Origin: Acidobacteria bacterium UBA2990
Lineage (GTDB): Bacteria; Acidobacteriota; Vicinamibacteria; Vicinamibacterales; UBA8438
Assembly (NCBI GenBank): GCA_002347025.1
Contig: DEAE01000012.1
Location: 10,022 to 74,021, forward strand
Length of the DNA: 64,000 nt
Direction: 5' to 3'
Part shown: piece by piece, positions 17,706 to 26,515 of the stretch
Layout: each line of letters opens with the position of its first letter
Position numbering within the stretch: position 1 is the first letter of the stretch
Position numbers and translations under genes: made by a program
Notes under the pieces: model-generated
The model's database searches: none
What the model saw: the letters and a program-made list of their open reading frames with translations, nothing else
Told to the model about the DNA's origin: nothing

Positions 17706-18926
17706 ATGACCGACACTACCCCAACGAAATCGCCTCAAACCGATGGAGCACTCACGGGATTAACAGTACTAGACCTGACAAGGGTCCTGTCAGGCCCTTA
17801 CTGCACCATGATGCTCGGTGATATGGGCGCTAGGGTCATTAAAGTGGAACAACCAGGCAAAGGGGACGACACTCGCGGCTGGGGTCCACCGTTTCAGAAC
17901 GGCGAGAGCTCCTATTTTCTCAGCGTCAACCGAAACAAAGAAAGCATTACGCTTAACTTCAAACACCCAGACGGCCGAAAGGTTCTCGACAAGCTTATCG
18001 CCAAGGCCGACGTAATTGTCGAAAATTTCCGCCCAGGCACATTAACTCGACAGGGCCTTGGGTATGAATCTTTAGCTGCCAGCCACCCGCAACTCGTCTA
18101 CTGCTCGATTTCTGGGTTCGGCCAGACGGGACCTCGTCGATCTGAACCCGGCTACGATGCAGTAATGCAAGGCGAGGGAGGACTGATGAGCATCACAGGG
18201 TCGAGCGGAGGAACCCCGTATCGCCTCGGAGTCGCCATCGCAGACATCGTGTCAGGCATGTTCGCCGCCTATGGAGTAGCGATCGGCCTGCTCGCTCGAG
18301 AGCGCACAGGACGTGGTCAGTACATCGATGTTGGAATGCTCGACTCAGTCGCGGCCATCTTGACCTACCAGGCGGGTATCTGTTTCGCGACAGGTCAAGC
18401 CCCTCCTAGGCTTGGGAACCAACACCCGACTATCGTTCCCTACGAGACCTTGGCCGCCTCAGACGGCAACATAGTGGTTGCCGTTGGCAATGACGCGCTA
18501 TTCGTGAAGTTCTGTGAGGTTCTGGAAATCCCAACTCTAGCCAGCGATGCCAGGTTTACATCTAATAAGGACCGTGTGGAGCATCAAGAGGCGCTTCGTC
18601 CCTTGCTCGCCGAACGCCTGAAAACAAAATCGAGACAACAGTGGCTTGAAGCACTGAAACAAGCAGGGGTTCCGTGTGGTGCCGTGCGTGACCTAGCCGA
18701 AGTGCTTTCAGACCCCCAGCTTATCGAGCGCATGATGGTAGTTTCGACGAATCACCCAAACGTCGGGCCCATGCAAGTGCTTGGTGTACCTGTAAAAATG
18801 AGCAACAGCCCAGGAGCGGTGCGAACGCCACCTCCAGTCCTGGGAGAGCATACCGGTGGGATACTAGAAACTTTGGGATATAGCCCTGCAGAACGCAAGG
18901 CATTAAAAGAAGCTGGGGTGATCTAA
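17706..18926 (+). CDS. Family III CoA-transferase (CaiB/BaiF/Frc-like)
   Basis: LTGLTVLDLTRVLSGPYCTMMLGDMGARVIKVE N-terminus and ENFRPG motif, both typical of the family. Confidence 0.88.
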   Translation: MTDTTPTKSPQTDGALTGLTVLDLTRVLSGPYCTMMLGDMGARVIKVEQPGKGDDTRGWGPPFQNGESSYFLSVNRNKESITLNFKHPDGRKVLDKLIAKADVIVENFRPGTLTRQGLGYESLAASHPQLVYCSISGFGQTGPRRSEPGYDAVMQGEGGLMSITGSSGGTPYRLGVAIADIVSGMFAAYGVAIGLLARERTGRGQYIDVGMLDSVAAILTYQAGICFATGQAPPRLGNQHPTIVPYETLAASDGNIVVAVGNDALFVKFCEVLEIPTLASDARFTSNKDRVEHQEALRPLLAERLKTKSRQQWLEALKQAGVPCGAVRDLAEVLSDPQLIERMMVVSTNHPNVGPMQVLGVPVKMSNSPGAVRTPPPVLGEHTGGILETLGYSPAERKALKEAGVI

Positions 18927-18967
18927 TCTTGGACAAATCTGAGATAACCATCTCGTCGCCCGCTGAC

Positions 18968-19399
18968 TCAACGGTCCACAAACACCGGAAGGGACTCAAG
19001 AAGAAAATCGAGTACATGCGCTTCCGTCAGCTGACCGATTTCGAGGCCATCCTGTAAGGGGCGCTCCCTAGTCGACACCCTTCGTCCTCGAACACAGCTG
19101 ACTTCCGTCATGATCGTCACAGGGTCCTGCGTTGCGTCAAGAGTAAGGTCAATGAAATCTTCACGGTTCCGCTCTGACACGAGACGTACCGCTCCCTCCG
19201 GAGTCGACAACCGATAGTCAAAACCTTCAGCCTTTAGAACAGAAACAACCTGCTGCACCACCGGAACGGCAGTTAGCCTGATGAATTCCTGTCCCAACTC
19301 TCTGGCAACATCGGCTCGTGCACGGCGATCGGCAGCCGCTTGTCGAGCTTTATCTATTGTTATGAGGACCCGCCTGCGCACGTCAGCCACCTCAGCCAT
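18968..19399 (-). CDS. Hypothetical protein (no recognisable domain)
   Basis: ORF with a plausible ATG at 19399, 2 nt after the stop of the upstream gene (TGA-ct-ATG). Helical basic N-terminus, then a mixed region. Confidence 0.55.
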   Translation of the reverse strand: MAEVADVRRRVLITIDKARQAAADRRARADVARELGQEFIRLTAVPVVQQVVSVLKAEGFDYRLSTPEGAVRLVSERNREDFIDLTLDATQDPVTIMTEVSCVRGRRVSTRERPLQDGLEIGQLTEAHVLDFLLESLPVFVDR

Positions 19400-19401
19400 A
19401 G

Positions 19402-19869
19402 TCAACCCTCTTCTTCTTGAAACCCAGAGCCAGCCCCCACCTCATAGATCCTAATTAGCTCCACAAGCTTGTATCCGCGCGTTTGGTAGGGCGGCACCAC
19501 TCGTTTGGTGCGCAAATACTGCAACATACTGGTATCAGCATAATCTGGGGGGCCGATCTCCTGACAGCCAGACAATGCATGTTCGAGTTCAGTCAGACTA
19601 CTGGCCGGTTCGGTCACAATTCTAGCTACCGGAAAAATACCAAGCAGCCTAGATCGGATCTGTCGGTCACACGTACGGAACCGGACATATACCTCATTGC
19701 TAATAAAGTTGTACTCGACATCTGACCGAGACGATCGCGCATCCTCCACTCGCACGAAAGTCACTTTATCTAGGTTTCCAAAAAAATCGATGAGGGTCTG
19801 CGTAAAATCCCCTTCTCCAGACCAGCTACTAGTGTCTAATTCCATAAAAGCGATTGGACCCGCGAACAC
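19402..19869 (-). CDS. Hypothetical protein (no recognisable domain)
   Basis: 155 aa ORF. Start is GTG 19869 or ATG 19845. It is tightly coupled to the downstream 143-aa gene. Confidence 0.55.
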   Translation of the reverse strand: MFAGPIAFMELDTSSWSGEGDFTQTLIDFFGNLDKVTFVRVEDARSSRSDVEYNFISNEVYVRFRTCDRQIRSRLLGIFPVARIVTEPASSLTELEHALSGCQEIGPPDYADTSMLQYLRTKRVVPPYQTRGYKLVELIRIYEVGAGSGFQEEEG

Positions 19870-19966
19870 CCATACAACGCATGCGTGGTTGGCTTTTGAA
19901 GCGTAGACCTTGGTTCACAAACAGGCAGTAAGGCAATTGCTTACAATATTTTCGATCAAGCTAGAG

Positions 19967-20446
19967 TCAATCCTTGGCTACTACCTCGATCATCCCCCGC
20001 ATCATCGCTCGATGCGGGAAACAGATGTAAGGCCGGTGACCAACCTGCTTTGGCGCGCGGACGCTAATGATAGTTGATTCATCAGCTTCAAGATAAGCCG
20101 TCTCAATGCCTAACCCGTCGATCACCAGATTATGTTTGAATCCATAATCGAGGTTGGAGAAATTGAACCGAACCTCTTCTCCAGCTGTGAGCCGGATCCT
20201 TGGATTTGGCTCAGAACCTCCTGATAAATAAAATGCCATATCTTGAGCTACAATGACGATCTCTCGAGGATCGGTTTCAGTGCTAGCGGTCAGCGGCAGC
20301 AAGGCTAACAGGCCAGCTACCAAAGCCATTGCCAGCCCGAGGGTAAACACCTGCCGCACGCCACCAATTAATCTTGCCGCACAGGACCGCCTTAGCCACT
20401 TCCACTCCGACACGGTTTCACGATCCTCCTGTCTGATAGCCAACAA
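19967..20446 (-). CDS. Membrane-anchored type-1 copper protein (cupredoxin, plastocyanin/amicyanin-like)
   Basis: N-terminal TM helix. Candidate Cu ligands are GFKHNLVI (His) and YICFPHRAMM (Cys-x2-His-x3/4-Met). Confidence 0.75.
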   Translation of the reverse strand: MLAIRQEDRETVSEWKWLRRSCAARLIGGVRQVFTLGLAMALVAGLLALLPLTASTETDPREIVIVAQDMAFYLSGGSEPNPRIRLTAGEEVRFNFSNLDYGFKHNLVIDGLGIETAYLEADESTIISVRAPKQVGHRPYICFPHRAMMRGMIEVVAKD

Positions 20447-20474
20447 TTTATTTACTAGTGAGCCGTCAGCAATC

Positions 20475-21677
20475 TCAGCCCACCACGAGACCAGTCACAT
20501 ACATGACAACTACACCTGCCAGCAGGCCAGCGGCAACCGGTCGGCTGGTCATTTGCCTAGCAAACGGTGCCCCGCCTACTACTTGCCGCCCCAATTGCAG
20601 GACTACTTGGGCTATTGCCCCAGTGCCAGCCGCCAAACAGACAACAGACCAGATGGGCGAATACAGTAGACCCCCAATCCAAGCACCAACAATGGTCGGA
20701 GCTCCTCCGAGGACACCCAGCTGCACAAGCTGGCCCAATCGAACCTTCTCGTTTGCTAATGGCGCCACAATTGCGAGGCCTTCGGTTGTGTTATGAAGAG
20801 CAAAACCCACGATCAACACCATTCCAAGCGAAACTTCGCCAAGGGCAAACGCTGCTCCGATCGCCAATCCTTCACCAAAGTTATGTAAGCCGATACCTGT
20901 GGCCACCAACAGTGCTAGAACCCAGCCGCTTCCTTCAACCATCCCAGCGGTCAGCCGGGACCGCCGCAGCCTGTCCCCAACTACCTCAAGACCCACAAAG
21001 GCCGCGAGCGCAACAAACAGAAACAATGCAATGCCTTGATATGACCCAGGTGCGCGTGAGGCTGCCTCAAACCCGTCGTGGACAGCATCAACCAACAAAA
21101 AGAGCAAAAGGCCAACAGTCAGAGCGAGTAAAAAGTCCAAGCCTTTCCGGCCAACTTGCTTCACAAACGGCAGCCAAAGCAAACCGATAGCCACCGGTAT
21201 CACACCGACATAAAGGCCAATTAAAGTAAATATCCCTAGAAAGCGAGCGTCAGCCTTAGGAGTCGAGACTGCCACCGCCACCTCGTGATCAAAAGTTGCA
21301 CCTGTCGAGGTGACCAGCCGCAAAACATGGGTCTCTCCATGCACCCAAGGATAGGGAATAGTCAGTGTAGCCTGCCCTAGATGCGACACTGCTCCGACTG
21401 GGTCAGCTGCGAAAGACCAATAAGCATCATCGATTTGCAGCTGGGCGATCGTGACAGGGTTGGGACCATCGTTAAATACAGTGGCAGAGAACCCCTCTGG
21501 GCTGAGTTCCACCTTTTGGAATATCAGCTCCTCTAGTGGCGGATAATCTTCACCTCTTATCGCATCACCCAGCTCCGCCCAGAAGAGCAGTCCCAGTACA
21601 CAGGTAAGCAAACACACCGGAAGCAAGGCTAAGAGCCAAAACCTGAGATCGCGCAACTGAACACCAATGTCAAGCAC
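20475..21677 (-). CDS. ZIP-family metal permease with an extra N-terminal TM helix plus a roughly 120-aa extracytoplasmic domain
   Basis: Two ZIP signature helices (HNFGEGLAIG and HNTTEGLAIV). GTG 21677 gives an 8-nt overlap with the MCO stop. The ORF is open to 21743. Confidence 0.8.
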   Translation of the reverse strand: MLDIGVQLRDLRFWLLALLPVCLLTCVLGLLFWAELGDAIRGEDYPPLEELIFQKVELSPEGFSATVFNDGPNPVTIAQLQIDDAYWSFAADPVGAVSHLGQATLTIPYPWVHGETHVLRLVTSTGATFDHEVAVAVSTPKADARFLGIFTLIGLYVGVIPVAIGLLWLPFVKQVGRKGLDFLLALTVGLLLFLLVDAVHDGFEAASRAPGSYQGIALFLFVALAAFVGLEVVGDRLRRSRLTAGMVEGSGWVLALLVATGIGLHNFGEGLAIGAAFALGEVSLGMVLIVGFALHNTTEGLAIVAPLANEKVRLGQLVQLGVLGGAPTIVGAWIGGLLYSPIWSVVCLAAGTGAIAQVVLQLGRQVVGGAPFARQMTSRPVAAGLLAGVVVMYVTGLVVG

Positions 21678-22746
21678 CGGGCCGCTCCTCGGCTCGAAAC
21701 ATACCCATCCACCCAAGTTCAGCGAATTCACTTTGGTGGGCATGAAACATAAAGTCGCCCTGATAGCGGAAAGTCGTCTCTAAGATTGCACGTTCTCCCT
21801 GACACAACATGATGGTATCGGTCGACTCTGAAGCACTCAGTCCAGTACCGGTACGCAAAACATCGAAGAACATTCCATGGAGGTGCAGGCTGTTGATGAG
21901 ATCAAACTCGGTCATGTTGACCACATACATGCGGACTAGCTGGCCAACCCGAACGCGAATAGGCTCTTCCATATAGAAGCTTGCCACCGTGTTGGCGGCA
22001 TACACTTCATTCTCAGCGTCAAAATTGGTGTCGAACCCATTTAACACCAACACCAGCTCATCAGCCGGAACCCTTGCTGACTCATTCGGGGGATCAACTA
22101 TAAAGACACCATAGAGTCCCTTGTGAATATGCCGTTTCAACGGACTAGCATGGCAGTGATAAAGGTGTAGCCCAAACGGCTCAGCCTCAAACTCATAGAG
22201 AAAACTGTCTCCAGGCATAACTTGGTGGCCAGATAATGAGCCGTCCATCCCGGGTGGGTGCCAACCATGAAAATGGATCGTGTGAGGATGAGAACCTTGA
22301 TTGACGAATCTAATCCTCATCTGGTCACCAGCAGTTGCACGAATTGTGGGCCCTGGTACTTGCCCGTTGTAAGTCCAGGCAGGGAAGAACACACCCGGTG
22401 CAATCTCGACATCACGATCGACAGCAAAAAACTCGTACTCTCTCAACAACGTTCCGTTTGCCCTCGGTGTCTCGCGGTAAAATCGTGCCCGCTCGGTAGG
22501 CGGAAGGTCCGAAAAATTCCAAGAACGAAGAAAACAGGTAGGGTCAAAGAACTCGGTGGACACCTTACCGACTACTCCCATGGCACTACCGAGGCGGTCT
22601 GGCTCCACCTTTAGACCCTGGTGCGACCGCACCTTAACATCCTGGCCATCTAGAACAACGGGGCCAGACAAAGAGCTAACGCCGGCCAAGTGGAGCCAAG
22701 CACGACGTGAAAGAGGTCTGATTTTTGGATGCCCTTTATTTTTCAT
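21670..22746 (-). CDS. Two-domain multicopper oxidase with Tat signal
   Basis: Twin-arginine SRRAWLHLAG. Copper motifs HTIHFHGW, HLYHCHAS...H...GLYG, LHLHGM and FHAHQSEFAELGWMG. At 358 aa it fits the two-domain (small laccase / NirK-like) size. Confidence 0.82.
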   Translation of the reverse strand: MKNKGHPKIRPLSRRAWLHLAGVSSLSGPVVLDGQDVKVRSHQGLKVEPDRLGSAMGVVGKVSTEFFDPTCFLRSWNFSDLPPTERARFYRETPRANGTLLREYEFFAVDRDVEIAPGVFFPAWTYNGQVPGPTIRATAGDQMRIRFVNQGSHPHTIHFHGWHPPGMDGSLSGHQVMPGDSFLYEFEAEPFGLHLYHCHASPLKRHIHKGLYGVFIVDPPNESARVPADELVLVLNGFDTNFDAENEVYAANTVASFYMEEPIRVRVGQLVRMYVVNMTEFDLINSLHLHGMFFDVLRTGTGLSASESTDTIMLCQGERAILETTFRYQGDFMFHAHQSEFAELGWMGMFRAEERPGA

Positions 22747-22785
22747 TTGAGTGATTGACAGATAAGTTTTGATACATCAAAAATA

Positions 22786-22803
22786 TAGGTTTACTATAAC
22801 CTA
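22786..22803. promoter_or_regulatory. Candidate DtxR/MntR-family operator palindrome TAGGTTtactatAACCTA
   Basis: Perfect 6-bp arms in the AT-rich 83-bp gap between the divergent MCO operon and the dtxR-like gene. The arms resemble the TTAGGTTAGCCTAACCTAA-type iron box. Confidence 0.55.
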
Positions 22804-22829
22804 AAAGTCAATCGACAAACCTAGCCACC

Positions 22830-23498
22830 ATGTTTCCATCTAGCACAGTCGAAAATTACCTTAAGGCCCTGTATCAGGCAGAGGCAGCAACCGCAGACAG
22901 ACGTCTGATTCCCATGGGGCAGTTGGCAAGTGCCGTCGGCGTAGCACCAGGTACAGCTACTACGATGGTCAAGGCACTAGCCGAGTCTGGTTTAGTTGAA
23001 TACGAAAAACACCGAGGGGTTCGGCTATCTTCGGCAGGAAACAAGTTAGCCGCTCTAGTTCTGCGGCGCCATAGGCTGATCGAGCAGTTCCTTGTTGAAA
23101 TTATGGGAATCAGCTGGGCCGACGTTCACGAAGATGCTGAACAACTTGAACATGTCGTCTCCGATCGGTTAATCGACAGGATGGACGCAATGCTCGGCCA
23201 CCCATCAGTAGACCCACACGGCGACCCAATTCCCACCGCCGACGGCTCCATACCAGCATACAATCATCACTCGCTCCTGACCTGTCCACTGAAAACCAGG
23301 GTCACTGTGACCAGGGTAACCGATCAAAATGCCAGCTTTCTGCGTTTCGTGGAATCACAGGAACTCAAGCCTGGCCAAGCTATTGAAGTAGAAGCACGGG
23401 ACCCAGTCGCTGACAGCGTGCAACTCAGAACTGGCAACGAACGCCGCATCACTATTGGCACCAAGGCAGCATCAAAAATCCTAATAGAAGTAGGGTAA
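22830..23498 (+). CDS. DtxR/IdeR/MntR-family metal-dependent transcriptional repressor with C-terminal SH3/FeoA-like domain
   Basis: ENYLKALY start, HTH GQLASAVGVAPGTATTMVKAL, metal-site region RRHRLIEQFLVE...HEDAEQLEH, and a C-terminal beta domain. Confidence 0.88.
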   Translation: MFPSSTVENYLKALYQAEAATADRRLIPMGQLASAVGVAPGTATTMVKALAESGLVEYEKHRGVRLSSAGNKLAALVLRRHRLIEQFLVEIMGISWADVHEDAEQLEHVVSDRLIDRMDAMLGHPSVDPHGDPIPTADGSIPAYNHHSLLTCPLKTRVTVTRVTDQNASFLRFVESQELKPGQAIEVEARDPVADSVQLRTGNERRITIGTKAASKILIEVG

Positions 23499-23538
23499 GA
23501 TATTGAATTTAAGCCAACCAGCCACCTCAAAGCTGTGG

Positions 23539-23970
23539 CTAGGTTCCCTCTTCAGTCAGCTCGCCGTAGGTCGCATAAGATGACGGAGTCTCCCAAACCG
23601 TTACACGCACCACTGGTAAGCCCGCGGTGACCGCGTGTTCGTAAATGATGCGGGCGATGTGTTCAGCGGTTGGATTAGATTCAACAAGATAAACTGGTTC
23701 GCTGAGACTATGGAGAACCTCAACCAATGGATCATCCCGTCGCAGGATCATCTTGTGGTCAAGGTTTTTGTCCACCCAAGTCTTTACCACCTTCTTGATG
23801 TCTGAGAAATCAAATACCATCGCCCGTTCGTCGAGCGTCGCCGTTCGCACCTCGATCTCAACAACGGCATTGTGACCATGGGGATGCCGGCACACCCCAT
23901 CGTAATCCAATAAACGATGTCCATAACAAAACTCGATTTTCTTCGTAACCGAGTAACCTTGCACGCTCAT
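23539..23970 (-). CDS. queD: 6-carboxy-5,6,7,8-tetrahydropterin synthase
   Basis: EFCYGHRLLDYDGVCRHPHGHN zinc/catalytic motif. At 143 aa it matches QueD/PTPS size. Confidence 0.88.
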   Translation of the reverse strand: MSVQGYSVTKKIEFCYGHRLLDYDGVCRHPHGHNAVVEIEVRTATLDERAMVFDFSDIKKVVKTWVDKNLDHKMILRRDDPLVEVLHSLSEPVYLVESNPTAEHIARIIYEHAVTAGLPVVRVTVWETPSSYATYGELTEEGT

Positions 23971-24020
23971 GTTCCTGAGTTACCTCTTCCAATCGACCAT
24001 GTAATGAGCTCCGGTGTGCG

Positions 24021-24719
24021 ATGGTAATTGAACCGAGAAGAATGGTTCAAGAACAGCCCCGTGTCGCAGTGCTATGTTCGGGAGGTCTCGACAGCACGGT
24101 TCTAGTCGCGCTCCAGGCCCGCAGTGCAACGGTGTTACCTGTTTATGTCCGGTCAGGTCTAGCGTGGGAAAAAACAGAACAACTCAGTCTGTCAAAATTA
24201 CTCTCAGCCCAACCGTTTGTGGGAAAAGTCGACTCGCTTGTCTGCCTCGAAACCAACATGCTTAACTTATACTCTTCCTCCCACTGGGCCATCCAAGGTA
24301 GGCCACCAGCATTCGACACACCTGACAGCGATACCTATCTGATAGGCCGCAACATAACCCTCCTTGCTAAAGTCGGTGTGCTGTGCGCACAAAAGCGAAT
24401 CGGCATGATCGCCCTGGGCCCACTGGCAGGCAACCCATTTCCTGACGCAACGGAAAATTTCTTCAATACAATGGCGAGGGCGTTATCACTTGGATTGGAT
24501 CACACCGTAGAAATAGTAGCGCCACTCAGACAACTATCCAAGGCCAAGGTGATCCAACTCGGACTTGAGCTTCAGGTACCGTTCGAGCTAACTATGTCAT
24601 GCATGTCCCCTAGAGAGCGAAACCATTGCGGCCAATGCAGTAAGTGTCGAGAACGCCACGATGCATTTGAGGCTATCGGCATCAAAGACCCTGCCAAATA
24701 TGTGGCTAAAATCACATGA
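24021..24719 (+). CDS. queC: 7-cyano-7-deazaguanine synthase
   Basis: PP-loop VLCSGGLDSTV and C-terminal zinc motif CGQCSKCRER. Confidence 0.9.
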   Translation: MVIEPRRMVQEQPRVAVLCSGGLDSTVLVALQARSATVLPVYVRSGLAWEKTEQLSLSKLLSAQPFVGKVDSLVCLETNMLNLYSSSHWAIQGRPPAFDTPDSDTYLIGRNITLLAKVGVLCAQKRIGMIALGPLAGNPFPDATENFFNTMARALSLGLDHTVEIVAPLRQLSKAKVIQLGLELQVPFELTMSCMSPRERNHCGQCSKCRERHDAFEAIGIKDPAKYVAKIT

Positions 24720-24800
24720 TTTCGTTGACTGCTAACTTTCAGCACGGGGCCCCGTGAGTCACTACTTCGGTTGGACAAGGGAAATAGTAAAACTTTCTTC

Positions 24801-25982
24801 TCACAGGTCAGCAGCATCTTTAGAGTGGATGTCTTTGGTCACTCCTTCCTTTGGCGACGATGAATTTTCAGTCCTGCGAAACCTCGCCTGCCGTTTCAAT
24901 TCATCAACTAACTCACCTCGGCGGAAAACCAGTCGGCGAGGTTCTCTGCGCCCGTGCTCTGAACCCACAACATACTCACAAAGCAGCGGGAAGCCGATAG
25001 TAGAGTCACAGTAGGTTACGACCGCATCCGGCAGCCGGTTAGGGTTAACTTTGCCCCAACTAACTGCCTCAGAAGGCGTGGCTCCTGAGAGCCCACCCCA
25101 CACAACCTGGTCCGTTGTTATCTGAATGAAGTAGTCGGTTCCCCCTCTTGGAATACCATAAACCTCCCACAAGGTCGGCTGACCCTGAAGATAGAAGTTC
25201 TTAGGAGAACCACCCCCTAAGATCACGCAGCCGTTCTGTCTAGCCCCCAAAATGATTGCAGCTATTTCATTCACGTCACGATTCGGATCGATCGTACATC
25301 CGTCACCTTCCAGAAGATCGTGAGATGCCAGGTTCATCCCGATCGAACTATCTCCTGGCGAGGAAGTATAAATAGGCACACCGGTGGCCGCCGCACACGC
25401 CACTACCGAGTGTCTCTCGCACCCAGGAAACAGAGTCATCAGATCCCGCCCCATTTCATAATGGAGAGTTGCAGAGGCAACTGCCTTCCCCAGAGACCGC
25501 CTTCCAAGAAATTCGCGCACATAGGCATCAGTCTCAAGCAGCACTTCAGCTGGAAATAAGACATCGTAAATTCTGATGACTCCGGCTTCGTGTAACTCTA
25601 CGTCATCCAAGAATGGTGAACCGCGGTGCAAGGTAAAGTTCAAGGCGTAGTGCAGATCGTGATATAGGTTAGCGCCTGTGCTGATAACAAAGTCGACTAG
25701 GCCCCGTTCCATCAATTCAATTACACATCCGCCCAAACCGGCCGGCGTCAGAGCACCTGCCACAGTTAGACCAATTGTAGTGTCGTTCGACGGGTTCAGC
25801 ATCTTGTCGGCAAAGACATGACAGGCTTCCGCTAGGCGACCTGCATTAAACGCTTGAAATCCACCATCAATGAGTTGCCGCAAGGCGGCATTCCCGGTGG
25901 GCCGGTAATATCGTATGGGGGCACCGGTCAGGTGTCGACTAGCGGATTGGGTCAATGAAGAAATGGTAGATCGATGGGGCAC
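24801..25982 (-). CDS. Deoxyhypusine synthase-like protein (bacterial DHS / homospermidine-synthase-like)
   Basis: DHS-family blocks: TIGLTVAGALTPAGLGG, FVISTGANLYHDLH, ILGGGSPKNF and ITTDQVVWGGLSGATPSEAVSWGK. Confidence 0.75.
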   Translation of the reverse strand: MPHRSTISSLTQSASRHLTGAPIRYYRPTGNAALRQLIDGGFQAFNAGRLAEACHVFADKMLNPSNDTTIGLTVAGALTPAGLGGCVIELMERGLVDFVISTGANLYHDLHYALNFTLHRGSPFLDDVELHEAGVIRIYDVLFPAEVLLETDAYVREFLGRRSLGKAVASATLHYEMGRDLMTLFPGCERHSVVACAAATGVPIYTSSPGDSSIGMNLASHDLLEGDGCTIDPNRDVNEIAAIILGARQNGCVILGGGSPKNFYLQGQPTLWEVYGIPRGGTDYFIQITTDQVVWGGLSGATPSEAVSWGKVNPNRLPDAVVTYCDSTIGFPLLCEYVVGSEHGRREPRRLVFRRGELVDELKRQARFRRTENSSSPKEGVTKDIHSKDAADL

Positions 25983-26098
25983 TAAGTGCCTCCAGAGATA
26001 ATAGCCAACGAGTTTGTCACCCTGTTTAGCAACGGTTCAAACAGGCCCTAGGCCAAGATTTAAGTTCGGCTTGTTAGCTGGCTCGTTACCAAAATCAG

Positions 26099-26332
26099 CT
26101 AACCCGGATCGATCCAGTCAGAACGCCGACCCTGTAAAGCGGTAAACACCAATGCAGCACCTGTACCTACTGCAATCAAACCCAAACCATCTGAAACCCA
26201 GTTCTCCCAAGGATAGTCCACAATTGCCACAACGGTAGCCGGCAGTAACAATGTCGAACCGCCCACAAAAGCCGAGGAACGGCTCAGCGCTAGCCTCAAT
26301 AACGTGCCACGTAGTCTACGGGTTTTGGACAT
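26099..26332 (-). CDS. Small hypothetical membrane protein (2 TM)
   Basis: 77 aa ORF with a basic N-terminus and two hydrophobic helices. Confidence 0.4.
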   Translation of the reverse strand: MSKTRRLRGTLLRLALSRSSAFVGGSTLLLPATVVAIVDYPWENWVSDGLGLIAVGTGAALVFTALQGRRSDWIDPG

Positions 26333-26515
26333 CTCACACCGGTTGCAGCATCAACCAGCAAAGCGCAAAGCCTAGCTGCACACATCCTTGACAATGAAAC
26401 CTAGGTGGTAGCCAAACCACAGAACTATCTTCTTTGCCGAGCGCACCAAAGAACTCTGGGTATTACCTCAGGCAGCGTGGCCATCTATCATCAAGAAACA
26501 CATATCGAGCCTGCT

